IMG/VR virus record: IMGVR_UViG_3300042307_001315
DNA: 20,000 bases
Direction: 5' to 3' (one strand)
DNA from: an uncultured virus (IMG/VR IMGVR_UViG_3300042307_001315)
Taxonomy: Duplodnaviria; Heunggongvirae; Uroviricota; Caudoviricetes
Positions 6,333 through 15,490 of the stretch are shown here, piece after piece. Every line of letters starts with the position of its first letter. The stretch's first letter is position 1. Both the position numbers and the translations under genes were made by a program. Under the pieces are notes generated by a model that saw only the letters and a program-made list of their open reading frames with translations, did not search any database and was not told where the DNA came from.

Positions 6333-9057
6333 ATGCCATTACTCCTAATTTTTCTTCCCAACCTTCTTCGGCTAAGTCATACATATAATCAGGAGATAAA
6401 CCTCTTTTTTCCCAATATTTTAATTCTTGTTCAGTAACATCAAGAACATCTTCTTGTAATCTATCTTGAGACCCTTCATCCAATGGATGTCCGTTTATCA
6501 ACTCACATTGTGATTTGGTAAATATCCCTCTCTTTTCAGGTTCATTCACTAATAGATTATTTCTGACCTCATCTTGAAATACTACCATAAGTGGTTGTAA
6601 TTTTTTATTAAAAGTTGTTACCGCTCTTGCAACATTATAATCACCTTTTAAGTCCGGGTTATCATCTAATATGTTTTTATCTAACATATAACAATTTAAT
6701 TGTAATCCATCACCTTTTTTCTGTACATCACCGTGAGACGCTCTTAACCCATTATTAACATACATAATCACATCACCCAAATTAACTTTTAAGTTTTCTT
6801 GTAATGCCAATTCCATATGTGCCATTCGAGACATACTATTACCGGCTTTAGTTTTAGTTGATAATCGTTTCTTATAATCATCTAATGATAATTTAACTCT
6901 AGCTCTCTGAGCAATTTTACTTAAAGATATTTCTTTATCGTAAATCTTTTGTAGGTATTCGTAATAATATTCAACAAATCCTTGACCATCACCCTGAAGT
7001 AATAATTTAATCCCTTTGTCTAAAAACTCCTCAATGTACAGTGGTAGTTTTTTAGATTTAATTGAGTTACCGGTAAGTTTTATTTTACCTTTAGAATCCA
7101 TAACCGCATAATTCTTACGAGCTAAGTTAATAGTTGAGGGCCAAACACCATCAGTATCAAGTGCCATCTCACCTCTCATAAAAACATCATTATACTCCGC
7201 AACATCCGCCTCAGGTCCATAATATTCTTTACCCTCTTTAACCTTCCAATTCAATCCACGACCAACATAAACTCTATTATTCGCTTCGTCCGGTGTGGAG
7301 AAGTTAACACCATCCGTATCCATTACTAATGGGGTATACCCTTTTGACATAAAGAATTTAATCATTTGACGAAGATATTGTCTTCCAGTACAAGTAATTT
7401 GTTCCCCCATATACATATCACCCCAAGCATATACTTGTGGTGCCGATAATGCACCAAACATCGAGTTAATGAAAATCTTAATCGGTAATTGTTTATTACC
7501 ATATGATTCTGATTTTGCTCTGTCTGTTTCGTAAAACTCCTCAGCCAATTGTTTGTATTTGATACGAGTATTACGAAAGTAAGTTAACATACCTTTCATT
7601 GCTCCTGTTACATCACAATCAGGAAATACATCGTGTACCAACTGAATTGAGGGGTATAGGGAACTAAAATCGAGTTTTAGGACATTCTTACTATAACCAA
7701 CTTTTAATAGTCTTGAAAGACCTCCTACGAAGTCAGTCTTAGATTCTTTTGCAGGTATTGCAATTCCATGTTTATAAGACCAAGCTAACATTAACATTTT
7801 CCATAATGTTGCGGTACCCATAGTTGAAACCCTTTCATATGTTGTTGGAATCATTGCCGCCAACAAGAATGAACCTTGGTTGAACTCTTGGTCAACCTTA
7901 AGGGTTTCATCTAAGTCATCGTCAAGATACCTCTCAACTAATTTATCTCCTGTAGTTTTTTCATAAGTGTCAGTTCTTCTCCCACAAATTTCATCAATTT
8001 TAGAATCAACACCAACTTTCTTGTAGTTACCGTTAGTTTTGTTTAACCAAAAATCTTCTTTGTTTGCATAAAATGGACCAATATCCAAGTGGTCAATATA
8101 AACACGACTTGGAGATTCCGCATTAATATACTTGGTAATGTATTTCAAACCAGCCGCTTTAATACTTGAGTTGATTGCTTGAGCTCTACGAACCGCATGA
8201 ATAATGTCAATTACATTATACCCCCAAATAGAAGTTTGAGTATAAGTCTCAACCTCATTTGCCAATTTTAACATACCATCTTTACGAGTATATGAATGAT
8301 TAGGGTTTAATGATTTACAAACTTTCTTTAAATCAATCCCTAATATCTTACTTCTCTCAAATATCCAATGCCAGTCGAAGTTTGCTGAATTATACCCACC
8401 AATAATAGATGGTTTAAGTTCGTTGATTACTTTGAAGAATTCAATGATTGCACCTTTTTCTTCATTCTCATCAGTACATTCGATTACTCTATGGTAACCT
8501 TTATTGGTTTTAATTCCAATCATGAAGATACGACCGTCCTTAGGTTCAAGTGCGGTCGTCTCCAAGTCATATACCATTCGAGTAACCTCGTTATAGTTTT
8601 CAAACCCTTTAAATAATCTCTTTTCTTTGGATACAAGGTATTGTTCCACCGGAGATAGAAGTGTTATCTTATCCTTAGCTTTGTCACCCCATGGGTCACA
8701 TCCACCATCCCTAAAGAATTGGATAAGTTCTCGGTACCCTTTCATAGACTTAACCATAAAGGTCAAACCTTTTTCAAGACGTTCGTTCCCATGAGTTTCC
8801 AATTTTTCAATTAGAATTCCATACTTGGTCATCGCCTCTTTCTGAGCGGCTTTCGAGTCGTTATAAAATTTTAGATTTTTTAAATCACCTACCCAAGCGA
8901 ACGGGGTAAAAGTGTCTTTACGGATTTCTTTCCCTTTTCCGGGAATCTCCTTAATTTTGTAGATACAGTTGTCTCGGTAATCATACTCGATGGCAACTAT
9001 AAATTCTTCCGGGTCATTCCCATGTAGGAATTCCTCAATTTCTTCACTGTTAATCAT
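6331..9057 (-). CDS. polB: Family B DNA polymerase with 3'-5' exonuclease, 908 aa
   Basis: ExoI YDLETT, ExoII GYNSANFDW, ExoIII YLDDD; polymerase motifs A LDFSSLYPS, B KIFINSMFG, C VMDTDGV, plus KNYA. Confidence 0.95.
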   Translation of the reverse strand: MINSEEIEEFLHGNDPEEFIVAIEYDYRDNCIYKIKEIPGKGKEIRKDTFTPFAWVGDLKNLKFYNDSKAAQKEAMTKYGILIEKLETHGNERLEKGLTFMVKSMKGYRELIQFFRDGGCDPWGDKAKDKITLLSPVEQYLVSKEKRLFKGFENYNEVTRMVYDLETTALEPKDGRIFMIGIKTNKGYHRVIECTDENEEKGAIIEFFKVINELKPSIIGGYNSANFDWHWIFERSKILGIDLKKVCKSLNPNHSYTRKDGMLKLANEVETYTQTSIWGYNVIDIIHAVRRAQAINSSIKAAGLKYITKYINAESPSRVYIDHLDIGPFYANKEDFWLNKTNGNYKKVGVDSKIDEICGRRTDTYEKTTGDKLVERYLDDDLDETLKVDQEFNQGSFLLAAMIPTTYERVSTMGTATLWKMLMLAWSYKHGIAIPAKESKTDFVGGLSRLLKVGYSKNVLKLDFSSLYPSIQLVHDVFPDCDVTGAMKGMLTYFRNTRIKYKQLAEEFYETDRAKSESYGNKQLPIKIFINSMFGALSAPQVYAWGDMYMGEQITCTGRQYLRQMIKFFMSKGYTPLVMDTDGVNFSTPDEANNRVYVGRGLNWKVKEGKEYYGPEADVAEYNDVFMRGEMALDTDGVWPSTINLARKNYAVMDSKGKIKLTGNSIKSKKLPLYIEEFLDKGIKLLLQGDGQGFVEYYYEYLQKIYDKEISLSKIAQRARVKLSLDDYKKRLSTKTKAGNSMSRMAHMELALQENLKVNLGDVIMYVNNGLRASHGDVQKKGDGLQLNCYMLDKNILDDNPDLKGDYNVARAVTTFNKKLQPLMVVFQDEVRNNLLVNEPEKRGIFTKSQCELINGHPLDEGSQDRLQEDVLDVTEQELKYWEKRGLSPDYMYDLAEEGWEEKLGVMA

Positions 9058-9122
9058 ATGTTTTATTTAGGAGTGGTTTATTGGCAATCACTTAGTTGTG
9101 AAGTTTACCTTACTCATCGTAA

Positions 9123-9153
9123 ATAAATATAATTAAATTAAATCAAGAATCAA
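9123..9153 (-). promoter_or_regulatory. Promoter candidate for polB (sigma70-like, overlapping TATTTAT motif)
   Basis: Minus strand TTGATT (9153-9148), 16-nt spacer, TATATT (9131-9126); TATTTAT at 9129-9123. Confidence 0.45.
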
Positions 9154-9154
9154 A

Positions 9155-9532
9155 TTAACAACAAGCAGTTTCTGAAATAAAACTTGGTTGGACATTAATA
9201 TAAAGTTCTTCTCTAATTGGAAGAATTAAATTACCTTCGTCATTCTTAATTAAGAATTGACCCTCATATCTACCCGGAGTGTTGGTATCTCTTGAGGTAA
9301 ATTTAAAATAGATATAATATTCAGGGTCGGCACCGTCAGGTAAGATTAAATTAACAATTTGAGCGGGAGCGGATACTATTTTAGGAATACCCGTCTCCAC
9401 GTCAATCATTGTAAAAAATATTGTAGATACCTCTAAATCTTGCATAAGTTGTTGGTATCCGGCTCTACCGTCTTTAACAACTTGCATTTTCAATACAGGT
9501 AATGTTGCGTTTTGTTTGATATAAAATTCCAT
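9155..9532 (-). CDS. BppU N-terminal-domain-like (baseplate upper protein-like) structural protein, 125 aa
   Basis: FYIKQNATLPVLKMQV...DTNTPGRYEGQFLI...LILP...LYINV matches the IKQNDT-P-L / DT--PG-Y-GEF-I pattern of BppU-like domains. Confidence 0.6.
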   Translation of the reverse strand: MEFYIKQNATLPVLKMQVVKDGRAGYQQLMQDLEVSTIFFTMIDVETGIPKIVSAPAQIVNLILPDGADPEYYIYFKFTSRDTNTPGRYEGQFLIKNDEGNLILPIREELYINVQPSFISETACC

Positions 9533-9536
9533 AACA

Positions 9537-9543
9537 ATAAATA
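9537..9543 (-). promoter_or_regulatory. TATTTAT motif upstream of BppU-like gene
   Basis: Minus strand ATATATTTATTGTTATG; 16/17 identical to the sequence in front of the neck gene. Confidence 0.55.
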
Positions 9544-9548
9544 TATCG

Positions 9549-11222
9549 TTATGACTCTTTACGTAACTCTCCTCCGTAATGTTCGAATCTATCGTGTTCA
9601 GTTGGTGTTAAAAGTAATAAACCTGATGATAATTCTCCTTTTTTGGCCAATTGATACATATGACTCATCCATGTTTGTTCAAATGGGTGTGCCCATGTTG
9701 TGTCCAAAAACATTTTTTTATTTCCCGGTCTACTAACAATTTGAGGCCAGTTACAATAATAAACTTCACCCGAGCCATATGGTAAACCTTTGTGAGATAA
9801 AATTGATGAGAATTTAGTTTTTGGAGCATTAGGGTCTAATCCAAGATGAGGTAATGTTGGTTTTTCAGGCCAAAATTCTTCTCTAACTGATTGAGGTACG
9901 TTATACCAAGACCATTGAGTTCCGTTATCCCCATAAAACTCTGAATAATTAAGTTTTAAGAAGTCAAAATTTTCTTTCTGAATAATCTCTAATGACTTGG
10001 TGTATAAATTTGGAACATATCTATTAAAACCATTTCGGCAAACAGAACCTTCATTAGGGAAGAAAAACATATCATCTTCAAAAAATAAATAATAATCTAA
10101 ATCGGTTGTTTCAAAATGTTCGGCAATCCATTGTCTACCACCACAAATCCCAAGATTTTCTTTTTTTATGTGTTCAAACCCATGTTCTTCACATAGTTTC
10201 AAGTATTCCTCAGTCGTTGATAAATCAGTAGAATTATCCAACAAATACTTTTTAGTTTTTATTAAATAATCATTATCATATGATTCAAATGATTTGATTA
10301 AAGTTCTAAATTGATTTGGACTATTAAATGTTAACACATAAAGACCAACTTTATTTGTATCTAAATTATTTACCACACTAACTTTAGATTCATTTTTCGG
10401 AATTAATGTATCGTTTTTTAAATCCTCAAAAAATTTACCAACCAATCCATTAGAATCTATCTCAAAATAATTAATCAAGTCTGAATGTTTATATGACATT
10501 ATACTAAAGATTGATTCTTCAGTTCCCATATAACCTTCTCCAAGAGTTGATTTTAATAACCCATAATAAATCGAATTAATATCCGCAATACTGTCTTTAG
10601 GTCCACCAAAAAATCCTCCTCGGGAAACTTTAGTAACTTTAGAACCTGCAATAGAATTTAACTTATCATAATTAAATCCATGTATTTCTGTTTCCGCATC
10701 ATAAGGAAAACTAATAAACGAAAATTTTGATATGTATTTCGATAACTTATCAAGAACATTATCGTGAGTAAAATACCCCGGATGAACAGTGTTTGTTAAA
10801 CCACCGTCAATCCAAAACATATATTTAGAATCAAACTTATCAAATATTTTGGCGTCGTGTAAAAGAAACACTTTTGACATAACCAATGGATTATAGTTTT
10901 CTAATTTTGCTTGAGTTGATTGTTCTAACCAACCCACTTGATTATACCAATTAGGGTTATTTCGTATGCCTTGGATAAGTGGGTTAAATTCTGAGTTAGA
11001 GAACCACTCTAAAGGTCTTTCAATAAATTGGGTGTTTGATTCATTCCTTTTTGTAAAAACAAATTCTCGAAGACTTTCATCCCCGAAAATTATCATATTT
11101 TCTTGAACATCTAATAGTTGTTCAAATTTATCCAAATAATGTTGGTAAGACCTTGACCACCCTTCGGTCAAATCACTACGACCAATATCCCAAATACCGG
11201 TAACTAATGTAATATTACTCAT
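9549..11222 (-). CDS. Two-domain glycosyltransferase: HtrL/YibB(WlaTC)-like N-terminus plus GT-A (GT2-like) C-terminus, 557 aa
   Basis: N-half TLVTGIWDIGR, SKVFLL, FWIDGG, GGFFGG, GTEE. C-half VGLYVLTFNSP, LLDNS, ENLGICGGRQ, YYLFFEDD. Confidence 0.75.
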   Translation of the reverse strand: MSNITLVTGIWDIGRSDLTEGWSRSYQHYLDKFEQLLDVQENMIIFGDESLREFVFTKRNESNTQFIERPLEWFSNSEFNPLIQGIRNNPNWYNQVGWLEQSTQAKLENYNPLVMSKVFLLHDAKIFDKFDSKYMFWIDGGLTNTVHPGYFTHDNVLDKLSKYISKFSFISFPYDAETEIHGFNYDKLNSIAGSKVTKVSRGGFFGGPKDSIADINSIYYGLLKSTLGEGYMGTEESIFSIMSYKHSDLINYFEIDSNGLVGKFFEDLKNDTLIPKNESKVSVVNNLDTNKVGLYVLTFNSPNQFRTLIKSFESYDNDYLIKTKKYLLDNSTDLSTTEEYLKLCEEHGFEHIKKENLGICGGRQWIAEHFETTDLDYYLFFEDDMFFFPNEGSVCRNGFNRYVPNLYTKSLEIIQKENFDFLKLNYSEFYGDNGTQWSWYNVPQSVREEFWPEKPTLPHLGLDPNAPKTKFSSILSHKGLPYGSGEVYYCNWPQIVSRPGNKKMFLDTTWAHPFEQTWMSHMYQLAKKGELSSGLLLLTPTEHDRFEHYGGELRKES

Positions 11223-12090
11223 TTATATTATTTAATTCTGTTAACATTTTATAAAAACTTTTGTTTTTTTGAAAAAATTCTTCACTTCCTTCTTTAAAAT
11301 TATCGTGGTGCCACCAAATATCGAAGTTTAAAGTCTTAAACCATTCTTTATGATTTTGGTACATTAATGACATATAATGTTCCTCATAAAACAATCTTTT
11401 TTGTTCCGGTAAAATCAATTTAACATAGTCATCAAATTGTTTAACTACCTTATCCCACAACTCTGTTTTACCCCCAAAAAATCCGCCAATGACATGAACA
11501 CTGTTGTCGTATGTTGTATAGTATTTAGGGTCCACAGTACCTTCCCAATAATTTCTTGAATTTTCTTTTGCCACCATTACAAACTTATTGTCGGAATATT
11601 CAATTAAATTATTTAAAAAATTATCATTAAATAATGATGATTCATAGTAAAATCTATGACCTTGTCCTGACAAGTATTTATTTGGTATTAAGCCTGTATG
11701 AGATAAACCAGCATCGAACCAAAAATAATAATCATAACTTTTATCCTCATTCTTAAACCAAGAAAATTTAGAGTATTGAATTTCGTAACATCTATCAGAT
11801 GTTTTAATACCTTCAACATCTTTAACACTATTAATCAACTCTTGATATTCATTTTGTGATAAATCAAATAAAACAAATTTTAATCTATCTTCAGAAATTT
11901 CATGATTTTTATAAAAAAACTCTTTTAAGTCTTCTAATTCTCTTTCAGAGGTGTAACAGATAAAATCTGCTTGGGTCATTTTTAATAAAGACAATAAACT
12001 AAAACGATAGTGGTCTTTTCTCCCTGGCCTTCCACCAAGCTCAGAACCGTAAAGGTCTGAATAAATACTTGTTATAATCTTAACTCTCAT
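11215..12090 (-). CDS. HtrL/YibB(WlaTC)-like putative glycosyltransferase, 291 aa
   Basis: KIITSIY, QYSKFSW, YYFWFDAGL, IGGFFGG, EEHYMSL; same motif order as the N-half of the 557-aa protein. Confidence 0.7.
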   Translation of the reverse strand: MRVKIITSIYSDLYGSELGGRPGRKDHYRFSLLSLLKMTQADFICYTSERELEDLKEFFYKNHEISEDRLKFVLFDLSQNEYQELINSVKDVEGIKTSDRCYEIQYSKFSWFKNEDKSYDYYFWFDAGLSHTGLIPNKYLSGQGHRFYYESSLFNDNFLNNLIEYSDNKFVMVAKENSRNYWEGTVDPKYYTTYDNSVHVIGGFFGGKTELWDKVVKQFDDYVKLILPEQKRLFYEEHYMSLMYQNHKEWFKTLNFDIWWHHDNFKEGSEEFFQKNKSFYKMLTELNNINE

Positions 12091-12808
12091 TGTTGTTTCT
12101 TAATTCTAAACATTTATCATAATCTAAATATTTTCCATCTAATTTGTCCGGAAAATAAACATTCCAATTATACGTCATAACATAATGATTTGAATCAAAT
12201 GTTTTGTTAATATCCGAATAATCTCTTTTTTGAACAACTAACGGTAATTTAGCAGAGAAGGATTTCATATTTGGGTAAACCGCTCTATCTAAAAACTCAT
12301 CAATTGGAACTTGTTTATGACTATTTTCAATAATCACATTGGTATCCCATTGAACAATATATTCACACGCCTTTCTTGTTAAAATAAACCCTGAAGTACC
12401 AAAAATACCTCTGTGTTTGTCCGGGTCCTTTGGTGGTAATATTGTTAAATCAACTAACTCTTCGGAAAACTTACTAAGTGGTCTGTGAATTGATGGTGCA
12501 AAATGGAAAAAACTCCAATCATTATTACTCAACTCTTCTTCTATTAAAGGGATTAATTTTTTTGCGTACGGCATAAAAAAGATATCGTCTTCAAATACCA
12601 TGGCATAATCATAACCTCTTTCTAAAATAATTTTAGCAACTTCTTGGTGAGAATAGGCACATCCTTCATAACTGTTTGTATCAACCGCATTGAATCTTTC
12701 AAACGTCCAACCCATATAGTCAAACTCTTTTGTAACCGCCTCTAATCTATCAGGTCGTCTTTCAAGATTAATTACAAATTTAGGTATTTCATTAAAATTA
12801 ATTTTCAT
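12080..12808 (-). CDS. Glycosyltransferase family 25-like, 242 aa
   Basis: FVINLERRPDRL, RFNAVD, GCAYSH, VFEDD, GTSGFILTRKA, PIDEFL. Confidence 0.88.
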   Translation of the reverse strand: MKINFNEIPKFVINLERRPDRLEAVTKEFDYMGWTFERFNAVDTNSYEGCAYSHQEVAKIILERGYDYAMVFEDDIFFMPYAKKLIPLIEEELSNNDWSFFHFAPSIHRPLSKFSEELVDLTILPPKDPDKHRGIFGTSGFILTRKACEYIVQWDTNVIIENSHKQVPIDEFLDRAVYPNMKSFSAKLPLVVQKRDYSDINKTFDSNHYVMTYNWNVYFPDKLDGKYLDYDKCLELRNNNES

Positions 12809-13565
12809 ATATCAAATTTGTTTTATTATCATATCCTCTTCTGTGCGCAAAAATTACTGAATTTAATTCGATTGCCTTTTGAAGGTTTCTATTAACATCG
12901 GTCCAATACCCAAAAATATCAATATCTTGGGTTGGACAATTATATCTTGATGATAGGATTGATAATACACTTTGGTCGTGTCTATGATTATCTTCAAAAC
13001 CATCAACACAACCTTCAATTTGAGAATAATCCCAACCTTCGGTGATAATATGACTGTATTTACCATCACTTTTAAACCCAACTAATCCTGACCAAAGTTG
13101 ATTATCCATTAGTTCTTCTTCAGTTGCATTCATTACCTCAACACATCTCTTGTGTGTATAATTTTTATTTAAGTGAATGTCACCAACTAAAAAGATATCT
13201 TCAGATTCAATAACATTAAAAATTGGTTCCAAACTTCTTAAGGCACAAGCACCGGCATCTAACCATAAAACATTTTTAGATAAACTCATAGAATGAAACA
13301 AAGTATACATTTTTAAAAAATGACATTTTGTTTTTATTGACGATATCCCTTCATAGATTTGAAAATCTTTTACGATATCAACAATCATTATTTTTTTTAA
13401 CGATTTCAATCGATTAATTTCTGTTTGGTCTAAACCAAAATCATAAACCACAATCATATCTACTAACTCAAAACTATCTTTATGGATACTATTAATTAGA
13501 GTTAGTAATGATTCAAAATAAGGACTATTCGCCCCTGTTATAACAATATTATTATACATTTTCAT
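12798..13565 (-). CDS. Putative GT-A nucleotide-sugar transferase (DUF1647-like), 255 aa
   Basis: IVITGANSPYF, VYDFGL, VLWLDAG, NHRHDQSVLSIL. Confidence 0.65.
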   Translation of the reverse strand: MKMYNNIVITGANSPYFESLLTLINSIHKDSFELVDMIVVYDFGLDQTEINRLKSLKKIMIVDIVKDFQIYEGISSIKTKCHFLKMYTLFHSMSLSKNVLWLDAGACALRSLEPIFNVIESEDIFLVGDIHLNKNYTHKRCVEVMNATEEELMDNQLWSGLVGFKSDGKYSHIITEGWDYSQIEGCVDGFEDNHRHDQSVLSILSSRYNCPTQDIDIFGYWTDVNRNLQKAIELNSVIFAHRRGYDNKTNLIYEN

Positions 13566-14367
13566 TTAAATAAGTTTGGATTATTTTTTCAGGGAACATA
13601 TACTCTTTTGCTAATTCAAAGTTTTTCCTAACTGATTCTATTTTAGACATATAGTATTCACTATTTAATTTTTCTAAAATAGACGGTAATTCTTCATCAC
13701 CTTCAAAATATATGATACCATTTTCATCAAAATAATTAGAAGTGTCTCGTGACCCAACATATACAGGAATTGTTCCGGTTAAGAAACAATCCAAAATCTT
13801 TTCAGTAAAGTACCCACTCTCAACACAATTTTCAATCACAATTGAAAACATATAATCTTTTAACGCATCAATTTTAAATTCAATTTCTTTTTCACAACCT
13901 GACCCATAAAAATCAACTCTACCATCATCTTTTAATCTGTCATAAACTCTAAACCTCATTCTATGGTATGCGTTCCAATTTTTCCAAGAAAAAAGAGAAC
14001 TAACCACTTTAGATTTTTCATGGATATTAATATCCTCTTCTCTCATCCAAGTTCCACCATGTGGGATATACACAGCATTTTCTGCTTGTGGTATTACATT
14101 TTTATGATGAGTGAAAATATATTTAAAATTTTCTTTATTCTTGATGATGTTAACATAGTTTTCACCATTAATAATTGAAGGTTCAATTAACCAAGCACAA
14201 TTTATTTTTGTTTCATCTATTGGTTGAGTAAAACACATACGGTCTACATAAACACCAATATCATATGTATCAGGTTCTCGTTCCCATCCGGTTTTAGGGT
14301 CAATGTATCTGGACAAACCAGGTTGTCCAACTAAGTTTTCGTCAATTAGTTTTGTTGTTTTAGACAT
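13552..14367 (-). CDS. Glycosyltransferase family 10 (fucosyltransferase)-like, 271 aa
   Basis: GT10 GDP-sugar-binding motif KIDALKDYMFSIVIENCVESGYFTEKILDCFLTGTIPVYVG. Confidence 0.85.
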   Translation of the reverse strand: MSKTTKLIDENLVGQPGLSRYIDPKTGWEREPDTYDIGVYVDRMCFTQPIDETKINCAWLIEPSIINGENYVNIIKNKENFKYIFTHHKNVIPQAENAVYIPHGGTWMREEDINIHEKSKVVSSLFSWKNWNAYHRMRFRVYDRLKDDGRVDFYGSGCEKEIEFKIDALKDYMFSIVIENCVESGYFTEKILDCFLTGTIPVYVGSRDTSNYFDENGIIYFEGDEELPSILEKLNSEYYMSKIESVRKNFELAKEYMFPEKIIQTYLNENV

Positions 14368-14380
14368 TTTAATTTTATTA

Positions 14381-15490
14381 TTAATTTATTGTATTTTTAT
14401 CTTTAAGGTAGTTTATAATTTTTCCGGCAATAAAATCAACCTGACTATCGGTTAATTGAGGATATGATGGTAATATAAGACACTGTTCACTTAACATAAC
14501 AGAGTTTGTATCCTCGTTTGGAATATGGGAAATATAATCGTGTTTTTTAATTTCGTAAAACATAGGTCTTGTATCAATACCTACATGAAACAAATAGAGT
14601 TCTAAATCTTTTTTCTGATTTAAAGTAAATTCGTTAAATCTTAACCCAAACATCCATTCAGAGTGTTCCGTTTCCGAATCTATTTTTTGAAATGAAATTC
14701 CTTCCACACCTTCAAAAATGGATTTATAACGATTAAATATTTTATGTTTTCTTTCTTTAATCTCATCTAACGATTCTAACTGACCATACAAAATTGCCGC
14801 TTGAATATTAGTCATTCTATAATTATAACCTAAAACATCGTGAATGAATTTTTCATTTGATTGTCCCTGAGATTTAACTTTATTAATGTATTCAAATACA
14901 TCATCGTCATTTGTTATAAATGCACCACCCTCACCTGAAGTTATAGTTTTATTACCGAAGAAAGATATCGATGAGGCAAATGATTCGGTACCTGTATATT
15001 TATCCCCATATTTACCCAAAAACCCTTCACAATTATCTTCTAAAATAACGGTGTCAGGAAATTCAATTTTTAATTTAGGTACGTTTACAATATTACCAAT
15101 ATTATGAACCACTAATATTGCGGTGTTTTCGTCAACCAAAGATTTTAATTTAGATGTGTCAAAATTCCAAGTTTCCAAATCAGAATCAATCGGTATCAAT
15201 TCATAATTTTTATCAAATAAAAAAGAATTCCACGCAGCTACATATACATTGTTTGGTACAATAATTTTATTAATGTGAGGGTACTTATATTTTAAGGCAA
15301 TTGCCAATAAATGTGTTGCAGTTGTACCATTATTAGTCAATATTAATCGTTTACACCCAAGAATTTCTTTTAATTTGTTTTTCGCTAAATCTAAGTATTC
15401 ACCTTGAGATGAAACCCATCCGGAGTCAATTGCTTTATGTGCGTATTTTAAATTTTTTTGATTAAAATACGGTTGATAAATTGGTATCAT
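14381..15490 (-). CDS. DegT/DnrJ/EryC1/StrS PLP sugar aminotransferase, GDP-perosamine synthase-like, 369 aa
   Basis: GWVSSQGEY, NNGTTATHL, EDNCEG, SFFGNKTITSGEGG (PLP lysine; closely resembles Per/RfbE), GYNYRMTNIQAAI, LILPSYP. Confidence 0.9.
   Translation of the reverse strand: MIPIYQPYFNQKNLKYAHKAIDSGWVSSQGEYLDLAKNKLKEILGCKRLILTNNGTTATHLLAIALKYKYPHINKIIVPNNVYVAAWNSFLFDKNYELIPIDSDLETWNFDTSKLKSLVDENTAILVVHNIGNIVNVPKLKIEFPDTVILEDNCEGFLGKYGDKYTGTESFASSISFFGNKTITSGEGGAFITNDDDVFEYINKVKSQGQSNEKFIHDVLGYNYRMTNIQAAILYGQLESLDEIKERKHKIFNRYKSIFEGVEGISFQKIDSETEHSEWMFGLRFNEFTLNQKKDLELYLFHVGIDTRPMFYEIKKHDYISHIPNEDTNSVMLSEQCLILPSYPQLTDSQVDFIAGKIINYLKDKNTIN

Noticed and set aside
7140..7170. Second DTDG (MALDTDGVW) in PolB as a duplicated active site, or an intein/intron in polB
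   Set aside because: It sits where the strand before the KxY motif is expected. The ORF is continuous, of normal length, and shows no intein termini or homing-endonuclease motifs.
1064..9057. Eukaryotic giant virus (NCLDV) origin suggested by SET, SNF2, PolB and glycosylation genes
   Set aside because: The gp13-like neck and BppU-like genes, operon-like overlaps, sigma70-like promoters and intrinsic terminators fit a tailed bacteriophage better.
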